64,000 nt of DNA, from assembly GCA_965116475.1 (NCBI GenBank), contig OZ220691.1, positions 2,368,001-2,432,000 on the forward strand, in the 5' to 3' direction. The stretch's first letter is position 1. The number at the start of each line of letters is the position of its first letter. Of the stretch, positions 8,507-18,717 are shown piece by piece. The stretch comes from Gemmatimonadota bacterium. Lineage in GTDB: Bacteria; Gemmatimonadota; Gemmatimonadetes; Palauibacterales; Palauibacteraceae. A model generated the notes under the pieces. The model was not told where the DNA came from, did no database searches, and was given only the letters and a program-made list of their open reading frames with translations. The position numbers were made by a program, and so were the translations under genes.

Positions 8507-9241
8507 TCACGCCTGCAACCAGCGCGCCTCGAAGTCGTCCACGACCTGCCTCAACAGGCGGTCGACCGGGGAGGCCGGCCGGGGCGTGAGATACCGGTCC
8601 GAGAAGCGATTGAGCGCGACGCGGAGCGCCGTGAAGGCCTGCGCGGCGTCGCGATAGCAGCCGTCGAGTCGTTGCCGGCGGGCGAAGGGGGCGTCGGCGG
8701 CCAGCGAGAAGCCGGTCTGGCCCATGGCCTCGTAGTAGCCGAGGTCGGGCCCCGCTCTCCGCCGCTCCCGCGTGCAGATCCAATCCGGAAAGAGCCCCGA
8801 CAGCCAGAGCGAGAAGTTGCCGAGATGCGCGCTGAGCAGAAAACCGCGGCGGCCATCCGATTCGGCGATCTCCGCCACGAGGTCGACAAGATAGCGGTAC
8901 TCGCGGTCGTCGACTTCGGGGATGCGGTGGGCCTGCGCCTCCCTCGCGAAGTGGAGGAAGATCGACGTCACGTAGTCGGCCATGAGGCGGGACTCGACGC
9001 CGCCTTCGAGCAGGCTGTGGCGCAGCGCCACGTACGAGAAAAGCGCCAGCGGGAGCGCCGACAGCCCCGGTTCGGAGGCGAGCGCGCCGGGCGCCTTCGG
9101 GTGATCGAGCAGCGCGTCGATCCCCCGCTCCGAGACCAGCGTCTCGAGGCGGGTCCGATCTTCGCCCTCGCGGGCCAGCAGGTAGACGAGTCGAGCCGCG
9201 TCATCCCGTCCGAAGGAAGCTCTGACATCCGGAAGAATCAT
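8507..9241 (-). CDS. Hypothetical alpha-helical protein
   Basis: Start MILPDVR (ATG 9241, GGGAG SD); natural composition and codon bias; ADYV, YLVDL, HLGNFSLWLSGLFPD, YYEAMG blocks. Confidence 0.75.
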   Translation of the reverse strand: MILPDVRASFGRDDAARLVYLLAREGEDRTRLETLVSERGIDALLDHPKAPGALASEPGLSALPLALFSYVALRHSLLEGGVESRLMADYVTSIFLHFAREAQAHRIPEVDDREYRYLVDLVAEIAESDGRRGFLLSAHLGNFSLWLSGLFPDWICTRERRRAGPDLGYYEAMGQTGFSLAADAPFARRQRLDGCYRDAAQAFTALRVALNRFSDRYLTPRPASPVDRLLRQVVDDFEARWLQA

Positions 9242-9371
9242 GCCGCTCCCCCTTCCCATGGTCCCCGTCCGCCGGCCCCGCCGCCTCGTTCCATACCCCG
9301 GCCTCGTCTGCTAGTTTTTCGTCCGGGGAGGGAAGCCGCAACGGAGTCGACCAGGATGACGAAGATCTGAC

Positions 9372-9908
9372 ATGCCGAGAGAACGACCGAGAGAGCGACC
9401 GAGAGAACGCTGGAGAGAGCCCGGATTCGGGCTGCCGGCGGCCCTTGTGGCCTTCCTGGCGGCGTGCGGTGCAGCGGACGCGGGCGTTCGCGACACCGGC
9501 GCCGCGGCGAACGGCGACCAGGCCGCCGAAGCGGGAGCGGCCGCCGTCGCCCAGGCCGTGGAACTGGTCCCGCTCCGGGTGGGCGGGATCGAGATCCAGG
9601 TCGAGGTCGCCGACGACGCCGACGAGCGCCAGCAGGGACTCATGTACCGCGAGTCGCTCGAGGAGAACCAGGGGATGCTGTTCGTCTACCCCGAGCAGCG
9701 CACCCTGGGGTTCTGGATGAAGAACACGCTCATACCCCTCGACATCGCGTACATCGACCGCGAGGGCCGCATCGTCGACATCCAGCAGATGGAGCCGCAG
9801 ACCACGGAAACCCACGACTCGGCCGCGCCCGCCATGTACGCGCTGGAGATGAACCAGGGATGGTTCGAGGCCAACGGGATCCGCGTCGGAGACCTCATCG
9901 AGTTCTAG
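9372..9908 (+). CDS. DUF192 family lipoprotein
   Basis: Lipobox LAAC; EVAD..ERQQGLMYR, GMLFVY, FWMKNTLIPLDIAY, ALEMNQGWF. Confidence 0.9.
   Translation: MPRERPRERPRERWREPGFGLPAALVAFLAACGAADAGVRDTGAAANGDQAAEAGAAAVAQAVELVPLRVGGIEIQVEVADDADERQQGLMYRESLEENQGMLFVYPEQRTLGFWMKNTLIPLDIAYIDREGRIVDIQQMEPQTTETHDSAAPAMYALEMNQGWFEANGIRVGDLIEF
9375..9422 (+). repeat. 12-bp tandem repeat CCGAGAGA(A/G)CG(A/C), 3 copies plus a degenerate fourth, encoding PRER
   Basis: ccgagagaacga ccgagagagcga ccgagagaacgc tggagagagccc. Confidence 0.85.
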
Positions 9909-9972
9909 CACCCGCCCGCCCGCGCGGACCCGAAAACCACGGAACCCACCAGAATCCACGGACAGCCCACGC

Positions 9973-11361
9973 ATGGATCATCGCATAGAGAAGGACTCCA
10001 TGGGGGAGATGGCGATCCCCGCCGACCGGCTCTACGGAGCGCAGACCGAGCGGGCCCGCCAGAACTTCCCCATCTCCGACCTCCGCTTCGGACGCCGCTT
10101 CATCGAGGCGCTCGGCGCGATCAAGCTGGCGGCGTCCCGCGTGAACCGGGAACTGGGGCTCCTCGACCCCGAACTCGGCGACGCGGTCGAGCGGGCGGCC
10201 GGCGAGGCCATGACCGGAGAACTGGACTCCCATTTTGTGCTGGACATCTTCCAGACCGGGTCGGGCACGTCGACGAACATGAACGCGAACGAGGTCATCG
10301 CGAACCGCGCCATCCAACTGCTGGGCGGGGTCGTGGGTTCGCGGAGTCCGGTCCACCCCAACGATCACGTCAACCTGGGGCAGTCGTCGAACGACGTGAT
10401 CCCCACCGCCACCCACGTCTCGGGACTCGTCGCGATCGAGCGCGAGCTTCTGCCCGCGCTGGAGCGGCTGCGCGCGGCGCTCGCGGAGAAGGCGGAGGAA
10501 TTCGATCACATCGCCAAGGCGGGGCGCACGCACCTGCAGGACGCGACGCCCGTTCGCCTGGGACAGGAGTTCGGCGGCTACGCCAGCCAGGTGCGGCACG
10601 GGATCCGGCGCGTCGAGGCCGTCCGTCCCGCGCTGGCGGAACTCGCCATCGGAGGGACGGCGGTGGGGACCGGCATCAACACGCCCGCCGACTTCGGCGC
10701 GCGGATGTCGGCCGCGCTGAGCGAGATCCTCGGCGTCGAGTTCGTGGAGGCGTCGAACCACTTCGAGGCGCAGTCGGCGCGCGACGCGGTCGTCGAGGCG
10801 AGCGGCGCGCTGCGCACCGTCGCTGTGAGCCTGACCAAGATCGCGAACGACCTGCGCTGGCTTTCGTCCGGTCCGCGCACGGGACTCGGCGAGATCAACC
10901 TGCCCGCGGTGCAGCCCGGTTCCTCCATCATGCCGGGCAAGGTCAACCCGGTGATGGCGGAATCGGTGCTTCAGGTCTGCGCGCAGGTCATCGGCAACGA
11001 CGCCGCGATCGTCGTGGGCGGGCAGTCGGGGAACCTCGAACTCAACGTCATGATCCCCGTGATGGCCCACAACCTGCTCGAGAGCGTCCGGATTCTCTCC
11101 ACCGCGAGCGTAGAGTTCGCCGAGCGCTGCGTCCGGGGGATCACGGCGAACGAGGAGCGCTGTCTCCGGAACGCGGAGTCCACCGCGGCGCTCGCCACCG
11201 CGCTCGCGCCCGTCATCGGGTACGACAAGGCGGCCGAACTCGCCAAGCTCAGCCTCGCGGAAGACCGTACGCTGAAGGAACTCGTGCTGGAACAGGGGCT
11301 CGTCGCCCCCGCGGAACTCGACCGCATCCTCGACTTCCGCGCGATGACCGAGCCCGGCTGA
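9973..11361 (+). CDS. fumC: Class II fumarate hydratase
   Basis: QTGSGTSTNMNANEV, HPNDHVN..QSSND, GRTHLQDATP, GSSIMPGKVNP. Confidence 0.95.
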   Translation: MDHRIEKDSMGEMAIPADRLYGAQTERARQNFPISDLRFGRRFIEALGAIKLAASRVNRELGLLDPELGDAVERAAGEAMTGELDSHFVLDIFQTGSGTSTNMNANEVIANRAIQLLGGVVGSRSPVHPNDHVNLGQSSNDVIPTATHVSGLVAIERELLPALERLRAALAEKAEEFDHIAKAGRTHLQDATPVRLGQEFGGYASQVRHGIRRVEAVRPALAELAIGGTAVGTGINTPADFGARMSAALSEILGVEFVEASNHFEAQSARDAVVEASGALRTVAVSLTKIANDLRWLSSGPRTGLGEINLPAVQPGSSIMPGKVNPVMAESVLQVCAQVIGNDAAIVVGGQSGNLELNVMIPVMAHNLLESVRILSTASVEFAERCVRGITANEERCLRNAESTAALATALAPVIGYDKAAELAKLSLAEDRTLKELVLEQGLVAPAELDRILDFRAMTEPG

Positions 11362-11383
11362 CCCGGCCCGGCCCGACACCACG

Positions 11384-11454
11384 CTAGCAGTCCGTGGCAA
11401 AACCCAGCGTCAGCGCCGCTCGAACGCAGCGGGGGTTTTGCCACGGACTGCTAG
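11384..11454. mobile_element. Miniature inverted-repeat element: 63 bp with perfect 18-bp terminal inverted repeats, CTAG on both sides
   Basis: CTAG-CAGTCCGTGGCAAAACCC (11388-11405)...GGGTTTTGCCACGGACTG (11433-11450)-CTAG; lies between convergent genes and may also act as a terminator. Confidence 0.65.
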
Positions 11455-12389
11455 GGGACGGGGACGAGCGCCTCCGGGAGCAGGCGATCCACCGTGAGGC
11501 TGGAGAGCCGGAAGGTCTCCGTGCCGTCCGCGAGGCGGGCGACCCAGTCTCCGCGTTCCTCGTCCTCCAGCAGGAGGATCGAGAGTTCGAGTTGCCGGCC
11601 CGTCACATCGGCGGCCGCCTCGGAGAACACTTCGAGCCAGCCGTCCGGGAGCGTGAAGTCGGCGGCCGCTTCTTCCTCCGGCGTGGGGAAGCCGGAAGCG
11701 GAGACGGACGGCAGGACGGAGAGGAGCCGCCGCACGAGCGCCGAGTCCGCCGGCGCGTCCCCCGCGAGCCACCCCTCGTCGCTCCTGTCACTCCTGCGCA
11801 GCACGGCCTCCCGGTCGCCGCGCCGCATGAGGATCTCGCGTACGCCGGCGGTGTCGACCGAGGCGATCAGGCGCGGGCGCCACCCGTCGCGGTCGCGGTT
11901 CAGGTAGCCCCCGGCCGGACCGTCGAGGCGATAGACGACATCGTCGCCGGGAAGGCGCACGAAGTACCCCCCGGAGCGCGTGTCGCGGTCGCCGAGATGG
12001 AACCGCCGCACGTCGCCGCCGGCCGTCCGCACTTCGACGCGCCGGCCGCCCTCCGCGACGCCCAGGCCGGCGTGATTCGACGGGTTGCGCGCGACGAGTT
12101 CCGACGAGGAGAGCTGTCCGATCACGTCCAGGAGGTCGCGGACCTTCGGTTCTTCCGCCACGTAGCCGTCGACCGTCCACCCCGCGTCCGTCCGCGCGAG
12201 ACGCACCGTGCCGGCATCCTCCGCGAGCACGATGTCCACGCCCGCGATGGAGTCCGTCACGACGAAGGAGAAGCCGTCCCCGACATCCAGCGTTCCCCCC
12301 TCGCCGCTGTCCCTGAAGAGCCGGGGCAGATAGAGAAGCACCGCCACGCCGAGCACGACCGCGATGATCTTCAACTGCTTCGCGTTCAT
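11451..12389 (-). CDS. DUF4340 domain membrane-anchored protein
   Basis: Start MNAKQLK; N-terminal TM; W.V.G..A..KV..LL, YFVR..D.VY pattern; position downstream of a GldG-like gene. Confidence 0.8.
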   Translation of the reverse strand: MNAKQLKIIAVVLGVAVLLYLPRLFRDSGEGGTLDVGDGFSFVVTDSIAGVDIVLAEDAGTVRLARTDAGWTVDGYVAEEPKVRDLLDVIGQLSSSELVARNPSNHAGLGVAEGGRRVEVRTAGGDVRRFHLGDRDTRSGGYFVRLPGDDVVYRLDGPAGGYLNRDRDGWRPRLIASVDTAGVREILMRRGDREAVLRRSDRSDEGWLAGDAPADSALVRRLLSVLPSVSASGFPTPEEEAAADFTLPDGWLEVFSEAAADVTGRQLELSILLLEDEERGDWVARLADGTETFRLSSLTVDRLLPEALVPVP

Positions 12390-14641
12390 GTGAGCGCGCC
12401 TCCCTCCGTGAAGGTGCGCTGCTGCACCTGCCGCCGCCGCGCGAGCCGCAACACGCCGACGAGGACGAAGAGCAGCGGGACGCCGGCCAGGTTCCCGTAC
12501 CGGGTCAGATCCGGGAGCCATTCGTTCGGGAAGAGGAGGAGCGGCGGCGCGCGGTCCTTGGACCGGATCGAGATCAGCGCCTCGTCCTGCGCGAGCCAGT
12601 CGATCGCGTTCTGGAAGAAGATCATCCCGGCCAGCCCGGCCATCGATTGCGACAGCGTCTCGTCGTGGATGAGCGACGAGGAGCCCGCGAGGACGATGCG
12701 GCCCCCGCCCGGCTGCGTGTAGGCCAGGGCGAGCGTCTCCATCGCCACGTCTTCCTCGGAGAGCTGTCCATCCGGTGCGATGACAGTTTCCCAGTCCTGC
12801 ATCGCGTCGATCGAGAGCGGGGTCCCCAGTCGTCCGCCACCCTCCGACGTCGTGAGCAGCGGGGTGACCAGGGTGCTGTCTTCGACCTCGACGAGGAGCG
12901 GGCTTCCGAACCGGATGGGCACGTTCGCCACGCCCTCCACGATCACGTGCCCGGAGGCCGGCTGGGCGAGCGTCCACAGGGGATATGGCAGGACAACGGC
13001 GCCGAGGTTGGACGGGACCTGCACCCGTTCGTTGAGCAGATAGTCGAAAGCCATCGACGGGACGATGCCGAGCCCCCGCGCCTGCAGCAGCGAATCGAGC
13101 GCCGGGTCGAAGGTCGGGCCCGCGTAGCGCGCCTGCATGTCCGCCGTCACGCCCGACTTGAGGACGAACAGGCTCCCGCCGTCGTCGACGAAGCGGCTCA
13201 GGATCTCGCCCGCCGCGGGCTCCAGCGGCATCTGGCCGCCCGCGATCACGAGTACATCGATCGAATCCGGCACCGCGACGGTCGCCGAGTCGACGCGGAA
13301 CTCCATCAGGTCGTACTCCAGGGCGAGGCGGCCGCGGGCGAGCCGAAGTCCCTGGTCGAGACTCAGTTCGCCGTGCCCGGTCAGGATCCCGATCATGGGG
13401 CGCTCCGGCCGCGTGAGGGCGCGGATCATCGAGGCGAGACGGTACTCGAGGTCCGCCGTCTGCCGGATGAACGGAATCGTCTGGCTCTCGCCGGCGTACT
13501 GTATCGCGAGCGCGAAGTAGCGCTCCTGGTACGACACCTCGTCATCGGCCATGACCTGGAAGGGCACGGGGCGGATGCCGAGCAGCCCCGCCTCCTCCTG
13601 CGCGTCCGGGTCCTCGTCGGGGTCGAGGCGCACGAGGTTCACGTTGGGGCCGCCGGTCGCGTCGAGATCCCGGAGGAGATCGTCCACGTCCCGGCCCACG
13701 GCCGCGAGTTGGGCCGGCAGTTCGGCGGACTGGAAGAGCTTGAGCGTGACGAGGTCGTCCACGCCGCGCAGCAGATCGGCCGTCGGCGGGGACAGCGTGT
13801 AGACCTTGCCGGGCGTGAGGTCGAGCCGGCCGCGCACCTGGGCGCCCGCCAGCGCGGCGAAGATCGCGATCCCGACGAGCCCGAGCACGCCCACGCGCAG
13901 CCGCCCGTACGCCGGCCGTTGGCGGCTCAGGCGTTCGCGCATGACGGAGAAGTAGGTGAGCGAGAGGAACGCCGTCCCGAGCGCCGCGAAGTACAGGACG
14001 TCCCGCAGGTCGATCACGCCCCGCGCCACGTTCGAGAAGTGCCCGAGCACGCCGAGACGCGCCGCCACCGCCGCGAGCGGGCCGGGGAGGGAGAGGGTGA
14101 CCGTGGGGAGTCCGATGAGGTAGAGCGCGAAGCTGACCGTGACCCCGATGATGAACGCGGTCACCTGGTTTCTCGTGAGCGACGACGCCCACAGGCCCAC
14201 CGCGATGAGGGCCGATATGAGGAACATCGACCCCAGGTACTGGGAGAAGACCACACCCCACTGGAGATCGGCGCCCAACGTGAGGCCGAGCGGGATGCCG
14301 AGCGTCCCCGCCATGGCGATCCCCAGGAAGAAGAGGACGCCGAGGAACTTGCCGAGCAGGAACTCGACGACCTGGATCGGCTGCGCGAGCACGAGTTCGA
14401 GCGTCCCCGCGTTCCGCTCCTCCGCGAACGACCGCATGCAGACGGCCGGAATGAAGAAGAGCAGGAGCCAGGGAAGGAGCGACAGCATCGGCCGCAGCGA
14501 CGCCTCGCCCAGGAGGTAGGCCTCCTGAAAGTAGAAATAGAAGTTGATCCCGAGGAAGATGACGAGGAGGATGTAGGCGGTCGCGTGGTCGAAGTAGCCC
14601 GCGAACTCGCGCTTCGCGACGGTGAGGATGCGGCCGATCAT
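12386..14641 (-). CDS. GldF-like ABC-2 permease fused to GldG-like auxiliary domain
   Basis: MRSFAEERNAGTLELVL, GKFLG, SSLTRNQ, RLDLTPGKVYTLS, LTGHGE, NAIDWL..LISIRSK. Confidence 0.85.
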   Translation of the reverse strand: MIGRILTVAKREFAGYFDHATAYILLVIFLGINFYFYFQEAYLLGEASLRPMLSLLPWLLLFFIPAVCMRSFAEERNAGTLELVLAQPIQVVEFLLGKFLGVLFFLGIAMAGTLGIPLGLTLGADLQWGVVFSQYLGSMFLISALIAVGLWASSLTRNQVTAFIIGVTVSFALYLIGLPTVTLSLPGPLAAVAARLGVLGHFSNVARGVIDLRDVLYFAALGTAFLSLTYFSVMRERLSRQRPAYGRLRVGVLGLVGIAIFAALAGAQVRGRLDLTPGKVYTLSPPTADLLRGVDDLVTLKLFQSAELPAQLAAVGRDVDDLLRDLDATGGPNVNLVRLDPDEDPDAQEEAGLLGIRPVPFQVMADDEVSYQERYFALAIQYAGESQTIPFIRQTADLEYRLASMIRALTRPERPMIGILTGHGELSLDQGLRLARGRLALEYDLMEFRVDSATVAVPDSIDVLVIAGGQMPLEPAAGEILSRFVDDGGSLFVLKSGVTADMQARYAGPTFDPALDSLLQARGLGIVPSMAFDYLLNERVQVPSNLGAVVLPYPLWTLAQPASGHVIVEGVANVPIRFGSPLLVEVEDSTLVTPLLTTSEGGGRLGTPLSIDAMQDWETVIAPDGQLSEEDVAMETLALAYTQPGGGRIVLAGSSSLIHDETLSQSMAGLAGMIFFQNAIDWLAQDEALISIRSKDRAPPLLLFPNEWLPDLTRYGNLAGVPLLFVLVGVLRLARRRQVQQRTFTEGGALT

Positions 14642-15657
14642 CCGTCCACCTCCTCGCCGGCTTCGGTCGTCTCGTCGGTCGTCGCGTCAGCTTCGCCGCC
14701 GGCCTCGTCGGCCGGTCCCGCGCTCTCGGCGGTGAGCCGGTGGAAGAGATCCTCGAGGCTCGCCTGGGCGAGGTGCAGTTCCCACAGCGGCCAGTCCCGC
14801 GCCGCGGCGAGTCGCGAGATGTCCGGCCGCGGGTCCTGGCCGGGCGCGCCCTCGACGGCGAACCGGGCGCGCCCGCCCGCGTCCGCCTCGACGGCGTCGG
14901 CCCGGGCCACGGAGGAGAGACCGCCCATGGCCTCCGTGGCGGCGTCCGCCGGAGCTTCCAGTTCGACCATCACCCGGGCGCCCCCATGTCCGGCGACGAG
15001 CGCATCGACGGAGCCATCGGCGACGATGCGTCCCTCGTTGATGATGACGACGCGCGAACACGTCTTCCTGACCTCCTGCATCACGTGCGTGCTCAGGAGG
15101 ACGGTGCGGTCGCTCCCCACGTCGCGGATGAGGCTGCGGATCTCGACGCGCTGGTTCGGGTCGAGTCCCTCGGTCGGTTCGTCGAGGATGAGGATCTCCG
15201 GCTGCGAGAGGATGGCCTGGGCGAGGCCGACGCGCTGCCGGTACCCCTTCGAGAGCTGGTTGATGGGGCGGTAGTAGACGGCTTCGATGCCGGTCTGCGT
15301 GACGACATCATCGGTCCGCGCGCGGATCTCGGCGGCGCTCATCCCGCGCAGCCGGCCCATGAACGTGATGTACTCGCCGGCGAGCATGTCCCGGTACAGG
15401 GGGTTCGTCTCGGGCAGGTAGCCGATGCGGCGCCGCAGTTCGACCGGGTGGTCCTCGATGGACAGGCCATCGATCGAGATCGTGCCCCCATCGGGTTCGA
15501 GGTACTGCGTGAGAAGCCGCATGGTGGTCGTCTTGCCCGCGCCGTTGGGCCCGAGGAAGCCGACGACTTCGCCGCGGTCGATCGAGAACGTCGCGGAATC
15601 GACCGCGACCGTCTCGCCGAACGTCTTCACGACATCGGTCAGCGATACGAGTGACAT
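14638..15657 (-). CDS. GldA-like ABC transporter ATP-binding protein
   Basis: Start MSLVSL; GPNGAGKTT, LSKGYRQRVG, ILDEPTEGLDPNQ. Confidence 0.9.
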   Translation of the reverse strand: MSLVSLTDVVKTFGETVAVDSATFSIDRGEVVGFLGPNGAGKTTTMRLLTQYLEPDGGTISIDGLSIEDHPVELRRRIGYLPETNPLYRDMLAGEYITFMGRLRGMSAAEIRARTDDVVTQTGIEAVYYRPINQLSKGYRQRVGLAQAILSQPEILILDEPTEGLDPNQRVEIRSLIRDVGSDRTVLLSTHVMQEVRKTCSRVVIINEGRIVADGSVDALVAGHGGARVMVELEAPADAATEAMGGLSSVARADAVEADAGGRARFAVEGAPGQDPRPDISRLAAARDWPLWELHLAQASLEDLFHRLTAESAGPADEAGGEADATTDETTEAGEEVDG

Positions 15658-15886
15658 GCGAGTGACATCGGATCCGGGTTGGAGTGTGATAACCGCCCGC
15701 AGTCGACGGGACGTCGCCGGGCGAACCCGCCGATGGACAGCCGGGCGGGGTCGAATCGTTGCCCGCGCCGTGGCCACGTTCCTGGCCGTCTCCCAACGGG
15801 GCGGGAAAGGTAGATAGGGGGCGGTGCGAGTCAAGCGCCGCCCGGGATCGCAGACAGACGGACTGCGCGGGTGTAGCTTCCCCGGC

Positions 15887-17827
15887 ATGAACGTATTCCT
15901 CGACGCGGGCCGGCGGATCCTGGGACTCTGCCTCGTCGTGCTTGTCGCCGTCCCCGTGTTCCTGATCCTCGATCCCGACGGATCCACGACTCCGCTCGAT
16001 GTACCCATGCGCCGCGCGGGGCTGGAGTACTGGTCACACACGTGGGGCGCGTCGACCGCTGTCTGGACCCTCCTCGTCGTTGGAGGCGCCATCCTTGCCG
16101 GGTGGTTCGGGAAGGGGAGCGTGTCCCGCACCCTGTCCCGGATCGGCCAGGCCATCACGCGTCCGCCCACGTGGTCCGTGGCTGCCTTCATGGGGCTTCT
16201 CGGTGCCGCGCTCACGGCTGCGGTGGCGATCGTGGTCTTCGACGGGCGCCCGCTCTTCAACGACGCGAGCGTGCAACTCGTCCAGGCTCGCTACTTTGCC
16301 GGCGGGAAGCTCTCCGGGCCTCCTCTCGCGACGCCCGAGTTCTGGACGATTCAGTTCATGGTGCAAACGGCGGCCGGATGGGTGTCCCAGTATCCCCCGG
16401 CCCACGCCCTGTGGCTTGCTGGCGGCATGAAGCTCGGTGGTCCGGGGATCGCGGTGGCGGCGGCCATGGGCATGCTCGGCGTCTTCTCCGTCCTCTCGTT
16501 CGAGCGCCTGCTGCCCGGTCGGATCGCGGTCGCCCGCCTCGGCGCCCTGCTCGCCGTCACGAGTCCCATGCTGCTGGCCCTCGCCGGGACCTACATGAAC
16601 CACGCCACGGTCGCGGCCTTCGCCACGCTCGCCCTCTGGCTGTCGCTCCGGGCCGAGACGGGCCGGGCCGTGTGGGCGCTGGCGGCGGGCGGCGCGATGG
16701 GCTTCATGGTCACGACGCGCCCCATCTCCGGCCTGCTCATCGGCGCCGCCGTGACGGCCGGCGTATGGCTCACCACGCCGCGGCAGGAACCGGGCCTGCA
16801 CCGGCCGTGGCTTCTGCGCCGCTTCGCCTGGTGGGCGCTGGGCGGCCTCCCGTTCGCGGTCGGGTTCGCCTGGTTCAACGCCCGCTTCTTCGGCAGCCCG
16901 CTCACCCTCGGCTACACGGCCGCCGCCGGCCCCAGCCACGGCCTCGGCTTCCACGTCGACCCCTGGGGCCGCATGTACGGGTTCACGCAGGCGCTCGGCT
17001 ATACGTCGACCGAACTTATTTCGCTCGGGCGCGAACTCCTCGGGACCGTGCTGCCGGTTGCCGTGCTCATCGGACTCTACCTCCTTCTGGCGCGTCGCCT
17101 GGAGCGCGGCGAGCGCATCCTGGCCGCGTGGGCACTGCTACCCGTCCTGGCGAGCGCGCTGTACTGGCATCACGACCTCATCGTCGGCCCCCGCATGCTC
17201 GGCGAGGCCGTCCCCGCCTGGTGCGCGCTCCTCGTGCTGGCGACGGTCGGCCTCGCGCGCACAATCCGTCGCGGCTGGCTCTCTGACGCGGTGGCCGTAC
17301 TCGTCCTCATCGCCATCGGTTACGGTCTCGCAGCGGGGGGGCAGGGGCGTGTCGTGCGCCTGACCGGCCGTCTCGCGCCCGTTCCCGAGGTCACGGAGCC
17401 CGGCCCGTCGCTCGTGTTCGTGCACGAATCCTGGCAGGACCGGATCGGAGCCCGGCTCGCCGCCCGGCCCATGCGCCTCGACAGCGTGCGCGCGCTCATC
17501 AACCAGTTCGATCCGTGCCGCCTGGAGGGCGCCCTCGTGGGCGCGCAGCGGCCGGAAGAAGTAGAGGACCGGTGCCGGCGGGAACTCGCATCCGATCGGC
17601 TCAGGTGGCTCGGCCTCACCGACTACCTGTGGCTCGGCGACCTGCCCGGCCTCGGCGACTCGGGTGTGCTATGGGCTCGGGATCTCGGCCCCGAGGCGAA
17701 CGCGCGCCTCATCGACGCATACCCCGACCGAACCTCCTTCTTCGTGCTCCCGGACGGAGCGGGCGGCGGCCAGGTCGTCCCCTACGAGACCGGCGTCTAC
17801 GCCCTCTGGGGCCCTTCCCCCCCGTAA
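15887..17827 (+). CDS. Polytopic membrane protein, probable GT-C fold (ArnT/PMT-like) glycosyltransferase
   Basis: More than 10 TM segments; ND..Q..QA..F..G, SQYPP, N..FFGSPL..GY motifs. Confidence 0.65.
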   Translation: MNVFLDAGRRILGLCLVVLVAVPVFLILDPDGSTTPLDVPMRRAGLEYWSHTWGASTAVWTLLVVGGAILAGWFGKGSVSRTLSRIGQAITRPPTWSVAAFMGLLGAALTAAVAIVVFDGRPLFNDASVQLVQARYFAGGKLSGPPLATPEFWTIQFMVQTAAGWVSQYPPAHALWLAGGMKLGGPGIAVAAAMGMLGVFSVLSFERLLPGRIAVARLGALLAVTSPMLLALAGTYMNHATVAAFATLALWLSLRAETGRAVWALAAGGAMGFMVTTRPISGLLIGAAVTAGVWLTTPRQEPGLHRPWLLRRFAWWALGGLPFAVGFAWFNARFFGSPLTLGYTAAAGPSHGLGFHVDPWGRMYGFTQALGYTSTELISLGRELLGTVLPVAVLIGLYLLLARRLERGERILAAWALLPVLASALYWHHDLIVGPRMLGEAVPAWCALLVLATVGLARTIRRGWLSDAVAVLVLIAIGYGLAAGGQGRVVRLTGRLAPVPEVTEPGPSLVFVHESWQDRIGARLAARPMRLDSVRALINQFDPCRLEGALVGAQRPEEVEDRCRRELASDRLRWLGLTDYLWLGDLPGLGDSGVLWARDLGPEANARLIDAYPDRTSFFVLPDGAGGGQVVPYETGVYALWGPSPP

Positions 17828-17887
17828 CAGCCGGCGCAAGAGTTCCGCCGCGTTCAGAAGAGTGCCTCGAATGGCCGGGCGATCTAC

Positions 17888-18304
17888 TCAGGCATGGGAT
17901 GCCGGCGCCGTTGGGACGACGAGTTCGAGTTCCGTATGGCGGGCGATCGTGTCGAAGTCGCGATTCCGGGCCAGCAGCGGGCGACGCGCATCCAGGGCCG
18001 CGGCGGCGACGAGGCAATCTACCAGGGACCGAATCGTACGTCCCGCCCGCTGACACGTGCGGTAGATCTGCGCCGCACGCTGGAACTGGCCCAGCGAGTC
18101 GGGGACCAGGATCTCGGAGCGGCCAAGCAGCTTCAACAGATCCCGCTGCTCGGTCTCGTTGCGACAGCCTGCAAGGAGTTCCATGACCACGGGAGCGGGC
18201 GTGGCGATCGCGTTTCCAGCTCGTACGGCGTCGTCAAGGCAGAGGTCGAAGGGGCTCTCTGTCCGGCGCAGGTACTCGATCCACGCGGACGTGTCGACGA
18301 TCAC
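17888..18304 (-). CDS. vapC: PIN-domain ribonuclease toxin
   Basis: GTG start overlapping the antitoxin stop; [22 protein letters not shown]. Confidence 0.9.
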   Translation of the reverse strand: MIVDTSAWIEYLRRTESPFDLCLDDAVRAGNAIATPAPVVMELLAGCRNETEQRDLLKLLGRSEILVPDSLGQFQRAAQIYRTCQRAGRTIRSLVDCLVAAAALDARRPLLARNRDFDTIARHTELELVVPTAPASHA

Positions 18305-18717
18305 AGGGGCTCGACCGTGTCGCCGTCTCGCATTTCGTCCAGATTCCCCGCCCATCCCACGCCGCGCATGGCGAGCGCCTCCTCCTTGGTCATCGGGACG
18401 AAAGACTGGCGGAACACCGCTTCCTTCACAGCCGCCGACCAATTGGTTCGTCCGTACCGCTTGCGTACCGCCTCCAGCTCGCGCTCGGGCAACCTTACTT
18501 CCAGATTGACGAACCGCAGGCCGGCGGACTCGTCGGCGCCGTATCGTGGCTCCGCCTCGCGCACGGCGAAGACGGAGCCGCCCCTCAGCTCGCGCTCCCG
18601 CGCCTCGCGCAGCGCCCGCCGGACCCACGCGGACACCGTGACGCGGTTGCGCCGCGCCGCATCGCGGATCTCATCCAGCTCCGCCTCCGGCATCACCACC
18701 TGCAGTCGCGTACTCAT
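18301..18717 (-). CDS. vapB: Antitoxin with N-terminal RHH domain and C-terminal DUF2191-like VapB domain
   Basis: [20 protein letters not shown] ribbon-helix-helix; C-terminal [17 protein letters not shown]; immediately upstream of the PIN toxin. Confidence 0.75.
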   Translation of the reverse strand: MSTRLQVVMPEAELDEIRDAARRNRVTVSAWVRRALREARERELRGGSVFAVREAEPRYGADESAGLRFVNLEVRLPERELEAVRKRYGRTNWSAAVKEAVFRQSFVPMTKEEALAMRGVGWAGNLDEMRDGDTVEPL

